Part shown: positions 1 through 10,940 of the stretch, piece after piece | Numbering within the stretch: position 1 is the stretch's first letter | Layout of the letters: each line of letters begins with the position of its first letter | From: Ostreococcus lucimarinus | Taxonomy: Eukaryota | Strand: one strand, 5' to 3' | Length of the DNA: 64,000 nucleotides | Assembly: GCA_000092065.1 (NCBI GenBank) | Contig: CP000585.1 | Notes under the pieces: generated by a model | The model's database searches: none | The model's input: the letters and a program-made list of their open reading frames with translations, nothing else | What the model was told of the DNA's origin: nothing | Made by a program: the position numbers and the translations under genes

Positions 1-408
1 GGGAAGCAAGCCGGCGAGCGTGAACCTGGCGCGGGTGTGCTTGGCGCAGCGCGCGGAACTGCTGATCGAAAACTTTGAGCGGTTGTATCCGAAATTGAAG
101 AACGAACGCGTGGAGTGGGCGCTGCAGCCGTTCGACGACCAATACGGCGACGCGTTCGATCCGTTCATGTCTTTACCGGACGATCAGGTCGACGAGTTGG
201 TGCCCGGGAACTTGCAATTCTTGAAGAAACCGCGCAAGGTCGCGCCGGGGGCGTGATTTAGATTTTGAAGATTGTTATCGACGTTCGCGCGTTCGTCTTC
301 GTCCCCGCCGCCTCGTCGACGTCGATTGCCCGAGTTCGCGTCACTCGACGACGCGCGCGCGGTCGTTCGAGCGCGCGCTCTCTCTCGCGAGTTTATTTTC
401 ACGACGTC

Positions 409-2541
409 ATGGCGTCGTGCGTCGCGCGCGCCGCGCTCTCGACGCCGTCGCGCGTCGTTTTCTACGACAAAAAGCGCACCCCAGCCGCCGCCACGCGCGC
501 GAGGGTCGTCGTCCCGCGCGCCGCGGACGCCGACGCCGACGCCGCGGCGCCCGCGGACGCGTGGCTCGAAGCTCGCCGCGCGGACCTGAGCGCGCTGACG
601 GTGGAGAAAGGGCTGAAACCGCTGTGTCGAGGGTACGGGCTGAAGCTCGGCGGCTCGAAGACGGCGCTGCTGGAGCGCGTGCTGGCGCACGAGAGCGCGA
701 ATCGCGCGGAATTCGCGCCGATGGAGGCGGTGGTGGAAAAAGCGAGCGCGTGGAGAAATTCCAGGGTGGTTCGAGTGGACGAGGCGAGCGCGAGGGCGAT
801 CGAGGAGGCGAATGCGGTCAAAGCGGAACGACGGGAAAAAGCCGGAGGCTGGGGACGGGACGAAGAGGACGATTACGGCGACGACGTGGACGAAGACCGA
901 GGATGGGGGTCGTCGTGGGCGCGCAGGGAGGACGAGGAGGAATCGTCCACGGCGCGCATGCGAGATATCGAGGCGAGGTACCCGCAGTTGAGGTTGGCAG
1001 ATGAGAAATTGACCAAGGATGACTTGGCGCGACGCGTGGCGGTGGTGAACGGCTTGCGAGCGCTCGCCAAGGAAAAAGAAGGCTATGAGGCAGATGTAGG
1101 GTTGCATTTGGAAGCCATCGCGCGAGCGATCGATAGGGGCTATAGAGATATGCGAGGGAGCGCGCTGACGGTGTTGCAAAAAGAAGTTCGGGCGCGGATA
1201 GACGTGAGCGTGGACATCGACGTGCAACGCGGTCGATTCGCCGTGCTCGTGCAAGTCGTCGGTCGAGGCGGGACAGTTGAGCGCGAATACGACGACACCA
1301 AATTTTTCACGTTCAATGTCCGGCGACAAAATCGCATGCGAACGTTGATTCGTTACATGAGCGAGGAGATTAAAACTGGCGTCGCGCGTCTGGCGACGGA
1401 AGATTTCGTCGGTCAAATCGGCAACGTCGTCGACGGCACGTTGCGTTTCCGCACCGAAACCGGGTCGTGGATGATGGACATAAAAGGCGGCGCCGCGGGT
1501 GTGATCCCGCCAGAGGAGCAGCTCTTGACTTATAACGACTTACCACTCAAGCAAGGGGACGAGTTGTCGTGCTTCGTGCTCGACGTCGATCAAAACTTGT
1601 TCACCGGTCGCGAGCAAACCCCGGTGGTGCTGTCGATGACCATTCCGGCGTTGGTCGGCGCCATCATTCGCGAAGAAGTTCCAGAGGTTGCGCGCGGGGA
1701 GATAGAGATTAAGTCGATCGCGAGAATGGCAGGCAAGGTGACGAAAGTCGCGGTAGCTCTACGCGAAGGATCAACTTCGTGGAGCAACGCGGTGGAAACG
1801 TGCCTGGGCGAAGATCAGAGCATTTTGAGACGCATTCGCGAACGATGCGGCGGCGAAGTCGTGCACTTCCTTCCTTGGTCCGACGATCCAGCGGAACTGA
1901 TCAAGTCTTCTTTATTCCCAGCTGAAGTGTTACGAGTGGAAGAAAGCTTCCCGGATGGCACGCAAAAGCGAAAGTTTACGGCGTACGTGAAGGAGGTGGA
2001 TCTCCGTCGAGCGATCGGCGCCGGCGGTAATAACGTCAAACTCTGCGCGTCGCTCACCAACGCATTCATCGTCATCGAAGTTGACGAGACCGCAGGAAAC
2101 ACTCAACGTCGTGGATCTTTCAACGACGATCTGGACGACTCTTACGACAGTGGATTCTGGGGCGACGATCGCGAAGATGACTTTTTCGGCGGCGGCGACG
2201 CTGAAAATTTTGCCAACAATCTCAACAAGGATAGATTCAGCGAGCAGACGCAAAGCGTGCAACTGGACGATCTCGGCTGGCCCGATCTCGATGACTTCGA
2301 TGATTTACCCACCACGAATGCCGCGGGGCGGGGACCTCAGGACATCCCCTCGGTGAGCGAATTGAAAACGCTCGGCGAGACGTTCTCGCAATCGTTCGAA
2401 GGCGACGACGACGCGGAGGAATGGGACGTCGGTCCGGGCCGTCCGGGATTGACCACGTTCGGCGCTACGGGACGTCCGGGTGTCGTCGGCACCGCTCTCT
2501 TCTTTGGCGACGAAGCGGGTGAATACGACGACGACGAATAG
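409..2541 (+). CDS. NusA-like transcription factor with N-terminal SAP domain, probably organelle-targeted
   Basis: SAP motif (LSALTVEKGLKPLCRGYGLKLGGSKTALLERVLAHE). S1-like and KH regions (AIGAGGNNVKLCASLTN resembles the NusA KH signature). First in-frame ATG is at 409; ORF-track start at 265 lies upstream in an arginine-rich leader. Acidic C-terminal tail. Confidence 0.6.
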   Translation: MASCVARAALSTPSRVVFYDKKRTPAAATRARVVVPRAADADADAAAPADAWLEARRADLSALTVEKGLKPLCRGYGLKLGGSKTALLERVLAHESANRAEFAPMEAVVEKASAWRNSRVVRVDEASARAIEEANAVKAERREKAGGWGRDEEDDYGDDVDEDRGWGSSWARREDEEESSTARMRDIEARYPQLRLADEKLTKDDLARRVAVVNGLRALAKEKEGYEADVGLHLEAIARAIDRGYRDMRGSALTVLQKEVRARIDVSVDIDVQRGRFAVLVQVVGRGGTVEREYDDTKFFTFNVRRQNRMRTLIRYMSEEIKTGVARLATEDFVGQIGNVVDGTLRFRTETGSWMMDIKGGAAGVIPPEEQLLTYNDLPLKQGDELSCFVLDVDQNLFTGREQTPVVLSMTIPALVGAIIREEVPEVARGEIEIKSIARMAGKVTKVAVALREGSTSWSNAVETCLGEDQSILRRIRERCGGEVVHFLPWSDDPAELIKSSLFPAEVLRVEESFPDGTQKRKFTAYVKEVDLRRAIGAGGNNVKLCASLTNAFIVIEVDETAGNTQRRGSFNDDLDDSYDSGFWGDDREDDFFGGGDAENFANNLNKDRFSEQTQSVQLDDLGWPDLDDFDDLPTTNAAGRGPQDIPSVSELKTLGETFSQSFEGDDDAEEWDVGPGRPGLTTFGATGRPGVVGTALFFGDEAGEYDDDE

Positions 2542-2606
2542 CCGCGCCGCGTTCACATTGCTGTAACTCAACCGACACACGACTTTTCTTCACACGACGA
2601 CGCACC

Positions 2607-3869
2607 ATGTCGACCGTCGACCCGTTCGTGTATCCGATGATCGCTCGCTCGCTCGCTCTCTTCGCGCTGAGCTTCGTCACCGCCGCCGACCGACGCGAGG
2701 ACGACGCGACGTTGCGGTTGGAACTGACCTTGACCACGCGCGTGGCGTCGGCGAGCGCGACGCTTCGCGTCGCTCGTCGGACAATGTCGCATCCCGAAGC
2801 GTTCATGCGCGCCTTCGCCGAAATGCTCGACGCGTACGGTCTCGAACAGACGAAGATGTTTTCACACGCGACGCTGTTCGTGCCGACGGCGTCCAACTGC
2901 GCGGTGCGGTTCGCCAAGAGTCTCGGCGCCGAGTGGAGCAGACAGGTCGTCGAGAGCGTCGGAGACGAAGTTCAATGTTGGTTGATACTGGATTTTGAAT
3001 GGTCGGGCGCGCAAGATTCTCGAACAACTTTCTTGCGGGACACGTTCGGGCTGTTCTTGAATGGATTGCGCGCGGCGATGTTGTTTGTTGATATTGGAGC
3101 GCGAGTCGACGAAGTCGTGTACGACGACGAACGATCGACGGCAAACGCGGCGACAGTATTCGTGAACTGCGCTCGGCGAATCGGGATCTCGGATTCGACC
3201 TGGGCCGCCATCGTGCGCGTTGTCGTTGGTTCGATCGAGAGTCGCCCCTTCATCGACCGCGACGGTATTTCGGTGTACATCAACGGAAGTTTGATGCCGT
3301 GGCGTCAGACTCGCGCCATGGTTGATCATTTGTGGACGCTCGACGAACGATTCAAATCGTTTGGACTCCCTCCGCTTCGCCAAGATCTCACTTTGGACGC
3401 CAATGCCGAGCACGTCGTATACTTTGCGCCACCTTGTGAGACGACAACGACGACGACGTACGTGCGCCGCGTCACGATACACTTTCTCTCCACCGCGGCA
3501 AAGCCCGCCGACGTGGTTTGCTCGGCGTTTCCGCTCGCGGGTGTCGCCGACGCGATGAAAACCACGATGACTTCCGATATTCCGATACGCGTCAGCGCAG
3601 AGTTGTCCACCGCGGGCATGTTCGACGCCCTGCAAATACTGAAACGCGACGATCCGATGCGATTTAGCTCGGCGGAGGAGAAGGAATTCATTGAGACGAG
3701 CGATCGCATCGGCCGGGGCGTGCTCGCGATTTTAGAATCGCCCTCGAGCGACGTCGCGCGAGACTTTTGCTCGCAGCGCGATGCGGATGATGAAGACTGG
3801 CGACGAAAGGTGCTGAGTAACCTTCGATCGAGTCGCGTGTACGCGGCGAATTGCGTGGAGATGAAGTGA
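2607..3869 (+). CDS. hypothetical protein (420 aa), no recognisable domain
   Basis: Long ORF with ATG at 2607 and coding-like codon usage. No motif I can name. Confidence 0.45.
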   Translation: MSTVDPFVYPMIARSLALFALSFVTAADRREDDATLRLELTLTTRVASASATLRVARRTMSHPEAFMRAFAEMLDAYGLEQTKMFSHATLFVPTASNCAVRFAKSLGAEWSRQVVESVGDEVQCWLILDFEWSGAQDSRTTFLRDTFGLFLNGLRAAMLFVDIGARVDEVVYDDERSTANAATVFVNCARRIGISDSTWAAIVRVVVGSIESRPFIDRDGISVYINGSLMPWRQTRAMVDHLWTLDERFKSFGLPPLRQDLTLDANAEHVVYFAPPCETTTTTTYVRRVTIHFLSTAAKPADVVCSAFPLAGVADAMKTTMTSDIPIRVSAELSTAGMFDALQILKRDDPMRFSSAEEKEFIETSDRIGRGVLAILESPSSDVARDFCSQRDADDEDWRRKVLSNLRSSRVYAANCVEMK

Positions 3870-3914
3870 AAGAATTATACGCTGGTTTAACAACTGTTGG
3901 TACAACGACCGCGA

Positions 3915-4944
3915 TCACCCGCGGGCGCCTGGGAATAGCACGGTCTCGGCGAAGTCTCGCGCCCACTCTTCTCCGTACCAGCTTGCAAACATCGCGATCG
4001 CTGGATCGTGCTCTAACTGCCACGCGTCGTGCGCGTCTTGCGCCTCGCGCGCCGAAGCCTCCGTCAGCACGCACCTCCGCACGTCCTCGAGAGACAGACC
4101 GAATTTGCACGCTCCGTCCATCGCCTCTGCCTCGCGCTCGGCTTCATCCAAACGATCGAGCCAGACGTCTAAGTACGCCCGCACGACGTCCAGCGACCGC
4201 GCCATCGTCTCCTCGTTCGCGAGAGCCGGTCGCGCGAAGAACATCCCGCGCGAGAAATACGTGGCGTCTTCGTAAAACTTCTTCGACGGCGTCGTCGCGT
4301 TCAGCGCCTCCGCGCACGCCGACAGCGCGCCTCCATCCCTAAGTTTCAACAATTTCGGCACGTACGCGTCGTTGTAATCGCGATCCCGACTCATCGGCTG
4401 CAAATCCACCCCTATTAAAATCTTCCTCGCCGCGCCGACGCCGACGCAAATCAAATCCACGCCGAACACCGGCGCATCGCACGCCTCGCACGCCGGATAC
4501 ACCGCGCAGTTATAAATCTGCGCCTTCTCCCCCCCGTCGACGTACGTCGAGCGCACGCGCCGCAGCCTGCGCGACGACCACGCCTCCGTCGTCGTCGTCA
4601 CGCCGCGCTTCGCGTTCGCTCGCGCCGCGAACGCGTCGTCCACGCGCGCCTCCTCGAGTCCCTCGCCGCAGCGCGCGCGAAGCGTCGTCCGCACGCACGC
4701 CTCGTGTCGCCGAAAGCTGAACCGCGCGTCGCCCGCGTCGCCGTCCTCGCGCGTCCTCGCCGTCGCCTCGGCGTCGCCGCGCGCCGTCGCCCGCCCGCTC
4801 GCGCGTCGCCTCGGCGTCGCCGCGCGCGCGCGTCCCGCCGCGCGCCTCGGCGTCGCCGCGCGCGCGCGCGTCGACGCGTCCATCGCCGCGTTCGCGTCGC
4901 GCGCGATCGCGACCGCGCGCGCGCGCGTGTGCGACGGCATTCGC
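3915..4944 (-). CDS. ferredoxin-dependent bilin reductase (PcyA/HY2/PebA family), plastid-targeted
   Basis: C-terminal 260 aa align to the FDBR family (IYNCAVYP, FGVDLICVG, FYEDATYFSRGMFFARP). ORF runs on to 5351 through low-complexity R/A-rich sequence; start is placed at the MPSH ATG (4944) or the nearby MDAS ATG (about 4884), uncertain. Confidence 0.6.
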
Positions 4945-5525
4945 TCGCGCGCGCGTCGACGCCCATCGTCATCATGCGCGCGCGCGCGACCGCGAGCACC
5001 GTCGCGCGCGCGCCCGTCGCGCGCGTCGCCCGTCGCCGCGCGCGCGTCGCCGTCGCCGCGGCGCGCGCGCGCGCTGGACGCGCCGACGCCGACGCGAACG
5101 CGACGCCGACGGCCGCGGTCGACCGCCGCGCGGTCGTCGTCGTCGCGCTCGCGTCGTGCGTCGCGCGCGCCGCGATCGCGCCGACGCCCGCGCGCGCGGT
5201 CGATCTCGCCGAGGCCGCCGCCGCGAAGGAGGCGCGCAAGGCGGCGCTGCGCGCGGCGGCGGCGGCGAGCGCGACGTCGGGGCGAGGGGAATCGGCGTTC
5301 GACGCGCCCGAGTACGGCGTGAGCGAGGAGAGCCGCACGCCGAACGCGCACAGTCGACAGGAGGAGGGGCTGAAGAAGGCGGTTCGCGACAACGCGTGAG
5401 CGCCGGAGCGCGCGCGACGGCGCGAAGGGCGTCGCTTTTTGTAATCGTCAAAGTCACACACGTTTTTGTCGAGCGCGCGACGAACGCGCGCGACGTCACA
5501 CGCGCGCGATGGGACGACGACGGGC

Positions 5526-7910
5526 ATGAAGCGCACGCTCGAGGGGACGGTGAAGACGTCGGCGCGCGCGTCGCGCGCGCGGGCGGCGCGTGCGAGCGGG
5601 CGGGCGGTGGGACGGACGGACGCGGTGCTGGCGCGCGCGCGCGGCGCGACGCTCGGAGACGTGCGACGCGAGCAGATCGACGCGGCGCTGCGGTTACTGA
5701 TCGACGAGCAGTGCACGCTGCCGTTCGTGGCGAGGTATCGCAAGGAGAGGACGGATGGGCTGGACGAGGGACAGTTGCGCGCGGTGGCGGCGGCGCACGC
5801 GGAGTGGACGCGATTGGAATCGAAGCGCGAGAGCGCGTTCGAGGCGTTGACGCGGTTGGAGATCGTGGACGAAAGGTTGTTCGCGAGATTGCGCGAAGCG
5901 AGCGCGGTGGAGACGATCGAAGACTTGATGAGCAAGTATAAGACGAAGACGAGCAGTCGCGCGGACAGGGCGCGAGAGCTCGGCTGCGAACCGCTCGCGG
6001 AGAAGATTTTGAGCGACGGCGCGGGGGGGGTCGAGGCGTTAGCGCGCGCGTACGTGAATGGGAATGATGTTCCAGACGTGTGCGAGGCGTTGAGGCTGGC
6101 GAAAGATGTGCTCGCGGAGAGGGCGGCGAACGAGACGAGCGCTCGGGAGGCGGCGAGACGATCGACGTGGCAAAACGGAAGGCTTCAGTGCGCGTTGACG
6201 ACGAATGGGAAGGCGGCGGTGGAGGGAAAGATTGACGATAAAAAGATGAAGAAGATAGCCGACGCGTTGAGGGACTACTACGAGTTCAACGCGCCATTGC
6301 GAAGGGTGAAGCCGCATCAGACCTTGGCGATTTTACGCGGCGAAGCCGCGAAGGTGTTGCGAGTGAAGATTGATTTCGACGTCGCGTGGGCAACGTCGGC
6401 GGCGATGAAAGCCATGGTAGGCTCGAGACGCTTAGGTGGGGGTTGTTATAACGTCGTTAGCGAGGCGGTGGAAGATGGTGTGAAACGGTTGCTCGCACCC
6501 TCCATCGAACGCGAGGCGAAGAGTCGACTCAAGACGGAGGCGATGGAGCGCGCCATCGCAGATTTCGGCGCTAATCTTCGCTCACTGCTTCTTCAACCGC
6601 CGCTGACACCCGCAGCTGTCGTGCTCGGCGTTGATCCAGCGTATCGCACCGGCTGCAAACTCGCCGTGGTTGACCCTACGGGAGCTCTGCTCGATACCGG
6701 CGTCGTACACTTGCCGCAATTCGAGTCGAAGGTGAAACGAGAAGGCGGCGGTCAATCCGCAGCCGCGAGCAAGCTGCAAGCGTTGGTGAAGCAATGGAAC
6801 GTCAAGGCGATCGCGATCGGCGACGGCGTAGCGAGTCGCGAAACCGAATCGCTCGTCGCCACCGCGCTCGCTGGTTTTGAAGGCGTCGGTTGGCGCGTCG
6901 TCTCGGAAGCCGGCGCCTCGGTGTACAGCGCCTCCGAAATCGCGGCGAAAGAGTTGCCGGACATAGACGTGTCATTGCGCGGAGCGGTATCTATCGCGCG
7001 AAGACTGCAAGATCCGATGGCCGAGCTCGTTAAGATCGAGCCCCAGTCCATCGGTATAGGACTGTATCAGCATGACGTCAAGGAGAAGGAGCTCGCTGAC
7101 GCGTTGACGGCGACGGTGGAGAGCGCGGTGGCAAACGTCGGTGCGAATCTAAACACATCCTCACAGTCGCTCTTGTCGCGTATTCCAGGCCTCGGCCCGT
7201 CGCTCGCGGCGAAGATCGTGCGACATCGCTCTGAGCGTGGAAGGTTCCGCGAACGCGCCGCGCTGAAAACCATCGCGGGCGTGGGCGCAAAGACGTATGA
7301 GCAAATAATTGGGTTCTTGCGCGTCCCGGACGCGAAAGACGCGCTGGAGCGCACTTCGGTGCACCCCGAGAGCTACCACATCGCCAAAAAGCTGTTGAAG
7401 ATGCTCGAAAGAGACGTGGCTGAGGTGATTGATCTCACGGCGAGCGACGCCGGCGACACGTCGATGGACGCGCTGAAACGCCTCAAGCCCAAACTCAAGG
7501 CACTTCGCGACGACGTAAAAGACCTCGAGGCGCGCGCTGCGCGCCTCAAGTGCCACCCCTTAACGCTCAAAGACATCGCGAACGAACTCAGCGCCCCGGG
7601 TGATGACGCCCGAGGCCAAGCCGCCGAGCAAAACGTGCTCCGAACGCAAGCGCTCACGCTCGAGGACTTGCAAACGGGCGCCGAAATCAAAAACGCCGTC
7701 GTCCGCAACGTCGTCCCTTTCGGCTGTTTCCTCGATCTCGGCGTCGGCCGCGACGCCCTCCTACACGTCACCGCGATGCGCAAACGCACCGACGCCAACC
7801 CCAACGCCCAAATCGATCCCCACGCGCTCTATCGCGTCGGCCAAACGTGCGCCGTTCGCGTCAAATCCGTCGACATCGCTCGCCAGCGCATCGCCGTCGA
7901 GCTCCCTTAA
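5526..7910 (+). CDS. Tex-like protein (transcription accessory protein; HhH, YqgF/RNase H-like and C-terminal S1 domains)
   Basis: LPFVARYRKERTDGLDEGQLR matches the E. coli Tex N-terminus. YqgF-like VLGVDPAYRTGCKLAVVD. C-terminal S1 (FGCFLDLGVGRDALLHV...VRVKSVDIARQRIAVEL). ORF-track start 5466 is TTG; first ATG is 5526. Confidence 0.75.
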   Translation: MKRTLEGTVKTSARASRARAARASGRAVGRTDAVLARARGATLGDVRREQIDAALRLLIDEQCTLPFVARYRKERTDGLDEGQLRAVAAAHAEWTRLESKRESAFEALTRLEIVDERLFARLREASAVETIEDLMSKYKTKTSSRADRARELGCEPLAEKILSDGAGGVEALARAYVNGNDVPDVCEALRLAKDVLAERAANETSAREAARRSTWQNGRLQCALTTNGKAAVEGKIDDKKMKKIADALRDYYEFNAPLRRVKPHQTLAILRGEAAKVLRVKIDFDVAWATSAAMKAMVGSRRLGGGCYNVVSEAVEDGVKRLLAPSIEREAKSRLKTEAMERAIADFGANLRSLLLQPPLTPAAVVLGVDPAYRTGCKLAVVDPTGALLDTGVVHLPQFESKVKREGGGQSAAASKLQALVKQWNVKAIAIGDGVASRETESLVATALAGFEGVGWRVVSEAGASVYSASEIAAKELPDIDVSLRGAVSIARRLQDPMAELVKIEPQSIGIGLYQHDVKEKELADALTATVESAVANVGANLNTSSQSLLSRIPGLGPSLAAKIVRHRSERGRFRERAALKTIAGVGAKTYEQIIGFLRVPDAKDALERTSVHPESYHIAKKLLKMLERDVAEVIDLTASDAGDTSMDALKRLKPKLKALRDDVKDLEARAARLKCHPLTLKDIANELSAPGDDARGQAAEQNVLRTQALTLEDLQTGAEIKNAVVRNVVPFGCFLDLGVGRDALLHVTAMRKRTDANPNAQIDPHALYRVGQTCAVRVKSVDIARQRIAVELP

Positions 7911-8115
7911 CCGCACCATCGCTTGTGACGAGACTTTTAAAGACCTTCGTTCCTCCATCGGCCGTCGCGGGCGACGCCACGGCGCGCGCGTCCGCGAAAT
8001 TTCCAACCGACGAACCCGCCGCGGGCAGAATACAAGATGCGACGCCTCGCGCTGTGAGATCATCTTCGACCGGCGCGTCACTTCGAGTCGCGCACCGCGC
8101 GCCCGCCGCGCCACG

Positions 8116-10851
8116 ATGCGTGCGAAAGTTCTCGCGACGCTCTCCGTCGCGCTGTGCGCGCTGTGCGCGCTGTGCGCGGGCGCACACGGCGCCGTCATGG
8201 GCATCGATCTCGGCGGTGAGTTTCTCAAAGCTTCGCTCGTCGCTCCCGGCCGAACGCCGATCGCCATCACCCTGAACGAGGTTTCGAAGCGTAAAACGAC
8301 CGCCGCGGTGTCGTTTTTCAACGATGAACGCGCGATCGGGGAGCCGGCGAACGATTTGATGCCGCGATCGCCTACGGATGTGGCGACGCGAGCGAGAGAC
8401 GCTCTCGGCGCGCGCGCGAGCGATGAACGCGTGCGCGCGGTGAAGACGAATTCGAAGCTGGCGTATGAAATTGAAGGAGATGGTGCGAGAGATGGTGCGG
8501 TGAGAGCCGTGCTGGGGAAGAAGAGCTACGCGGCGGAGGAGTTGGTGGGGATGACGCTGGAGTACGCGATGGCGATCGGGGAGGCGGCGGGACGAGGGAA
8601 GATTCGTGACGCGGTGATCGCGGTGCCGCCGTTTGCGTCGCAATCGCAGCGAAGGGCGTTGCGGGATGCGGCGGAGATCGCTGGGTTGAACGTGCTGGCG
8701 ATGAAGAGCGATTTGTCGTGCGCGGCGCTGCAGTGGGGAATCGACAAGGAGTTTCCAGAGCCAAAGTGGGTCATTTTGGTGGACGTCGGACACACGTCCG
8801 CGGGTGCCGCGCTCGTGAAATACAGCTCGTTCTCCAGTGGTAAGGTGAAGAAACAGCACGGGCAATTCGAGATGGTGTCGGTGAAGTGGGACGAAACCGT
8901 GGGCGGCGACGCGCTCGACATGCTCCTCGTCGAGCACTTTCAAGAAGAGTTCAAACAAAAGCACGGTACGGATTTATCCACGATTCCGCGCGCTGTCGGT
9001 AAGATGCGTAAGCAAGTTCGCAAGACGAAGGAAATCCTGTCTGCGAACAAAGAAGCGCCGTTTAGTGTGGAATCATTGCACGACGAAATTGACTTGCGAT
9101 CGAAAATCACTCGCGACGAATTCACTACGCTCGCCGGGGATATTTTCGAACGCATGACTGGTCCGTTGCGAGCAATCGTGGCCTCGCTCGGCGACTTCAA
9201 CATCACGCTCGATGAAATCGAGGCTATCGAAGTCATCGGCGGGAGCACGCGCGTGCCCGGAGTGAAGGAGGAGATTGGAAAAGCCATCAATGGTCGCAAG
9301 TTTGACGTGCACCTCGACGCGGACGAAGCCGTGGCCATGGGCGCAGGTCTTTTCGCCGCCAACATGTCCACAACGTTCCGCATGCGAAAGTTTGGCGCCG
9401 CGGACGCGATGCCACATGGAATGACGTATGAAGTTACACCGAGCGACGATTTTACGTCGGGTGAAGCGGCCACGCTCGTTCCGGCGTTTGCGAATTCGCC
9501 GCTTCGCCAGCGAGTGCAACTGCTCAATCGCACCGAGGACGCTAAGTTCACCGTGAACCTTGATGTGTCGAACGGCTCACCGTTACCTCCGGGCACAGAC
9601 ACCGACCAAGTCATGGTCGTCGATGTCACCGGGGTGAAGGAGGCGATGGCAAAGTACAACGACACTGTGGGCAAGATGAACGTGTACTTTGAGTTTGATG
9701 CCAATGGCGTGTTGGATGTCTACGAGGCGGTGTACGCGGTTGAGATCATCGACTACGTTCCGGAAAAACCCAAAAAGAAGCCGAAAGTGGAAAAGACAAA
9801 GGTCGATAACAACGCAACAGAAGCCACCAACGTCACGGATGACGAATCGTCGGCGACTGAAAACGCAACCGAAGCAGAGATGAACGCAACGGCTGCGGAA
9901 GACGTCACGGAAGCCACTGAAAACACCACCGCAGAAGAAGTCGTGGAAGAAGAGGAGAATCCCAAAATGAAAATGCGCCGCCGCGTGATGAAGACTTCGC
10001 TTGAAGTTAAAGTTTCGGGCTTGCACATGGAACCGATGACGCAAGCGCAACTTGAAGCTTCCGTGTCTGTGCTCGGTGAGTTGCGTAAGGTTGACGAAGC
10101 TAAGCGCGCGCAAGAAGCGGCTAAGAGTAACCTCGAGGCGTACATTTACGCCATCCGTGCCAAGCTCGACGAGGATGAAATTCAAGTCGTGACGACAGAG
10201 GAGGAACGCGAAGCTTTGAAGGAGGAACTTACAGACAAAGAGGATTGGCTGTATATGGACGGTGCAGATTCCACCACAGAAGTGTTCAAGCAAACTCATG
10301 ACGACCTCAAGTCTAAGGGCGACGCCATTGAGTTCCGCGCTAAGGAAATGACGCGACGACCTGCGATGATTGCGAAGGCGAGAGCGTTTATCGAAAAGGC
10401 CAAGCCCGAAGTAGAGTCTTGGCCGGAAAAGAAACCGTGGTTGAACGAAACGCACGTCGCGAACTTACTTGAAGAGATCAAGCAATTCGAATCGTGGCTC
10501 GACGAGAAGATTGAGGCACAAGACAAGTTGGCGGCGACTGAAGCGCCAACGCTCGAGTCAACCGAGATAAAAATCAGCCAACGACCCATTGAGACCAAGT
10601 TCGGCAAGTTGAAGAAAAAGTCCAAGCCGAAACCTCCAAAGGTTGAGAAGAACGAGACAGAAGCGAATGAAACGGATGCGAACGAAACGATCGCGAACGC
10701 AACGGATGCAGACGCGCCTACAGACGAGCCGCCGGCGGAGGACGTCGCCGGAGGAACCGATGCGGATCAGTCCGCGGAAGAAGAGCAGGTTCAGCGCGAG
10801 ACAGAGGACGAGCAAACTCCCGATCAAACGCCTCCCAAAGATGAACTTTAA
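8116..10851 (+). CDS. Hsp70-superfamily ER chaperone Grp170/HYOU1 (ORP150) with signal peptide and C-terminal KDEL
   Basis: Signal peptide MRAKVLATLSVALCALCALCAGAHG, then VMGIDLGGEFLKASLVAPG (HYOU1 N-terminal signature). Ends ...TPPKDEL. ORF-track start 7600 is in upstream non-coding frame; true ATG is 8116. Confidence 0.8.
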   Translation: MRAKVLATLSVALCALCALCAGAHGAVMGIDLGGEFLKASLVAPGRTPIAITLNEVSKRKTTAAVSFFNDERAIGEPANDLMPRSPTDVATRARDALGARASDERVRAVKTNSKLAYEIEGDGARDGAVRAVLGKKSYAAEELVGMTLEYAMAIGEAAGRGKIRDAVIAVPPFASQSQRRALRDAAEIAGLNVLAMKSDLSCAALQWGIDKEFPEPKWVILVDVGHTSAGAALVKYSSFSSGKVKKQHGQFEMVSVKWDETVGGDALDMLLVEHFQEEFKQKHGTDLSTIPRAVGKMRKQVRKTKEILSANKEAPFSVESLHDEIDLRSKITRDEFTTLAGDIFERMTGPLRAIVASLGDFNITLDEIEAIEVIGGSTRVPGVKEEIGKAINGRKFDVHLDADEAVAMGAGLFAANMSTTFRMRKFGAADAMPHGMTYEVTPSDDFTSGEAATLVPAFANSPLRQRVQLLNRTEDAKFTVNLDVSNGSPLPPGTDTDQVMVVDVTGVKEAMAKYNDTVGKMNVYFEFDANGVLDVYEAVYAVEIIDYVPEKPKKKPKVEKTKVDNNATEATNVTDDESSATENATEAEMNATAAEDVTEATENTTAEEVVEEEENPKMKMRRRVMKTSLEVKVSGLHMEPMTQAQLEASVSVLGELRKVDEAKRAQEAAKSNLEAYIYAIRAKLDEDEIQVVTTEEEREALKEELTDKEDWLYMDGADSTTEVFKQTHDDLKSKGDAIEFRAKEMTRRPAMIAKARAFIEKAKPEVESWPEKKPWLNETHVANLLEEIKQFESWLDEKIEAQDKLAATEAPTLESTEIKISQRPIETKFGKLKKKSKPKPPKVEKNETEANETDANETIANATDADAPTDEPPAEDVAGGTDADQSAEEEQVQRETEDEQTPDQTPPKDEL

Positions 10852-10940
10852 CGATGAAAACAAATCGAAAATTTTTATTAATATCAACCGAGAGTATTCT
10901 TTCCAGCACAAAACAACGAGTCGTCGCAATTAAATTAAAT

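Noticed and set aside
184-1416. Long R/A/S-rich minus-strand ORF (410 aa) antisense to the NusA-like gene. Others of the same kind: 4598..5935-, 5156..5941+, 7861..8964-, 9583..10455-, 10854..12059+, 15738..16337-, 31174..32004-, 39802..41400-, 45284..46942-, 55882..56889-, 58810..60237+, 59799..60899-.
   Set aside because: They overlap or lie antisense to genes with strong conserved-domain support. Their translations are arginine/alanine-rich low complexity with no motifs. Long stop-free frames are expected by chance at about 65-70% GC.
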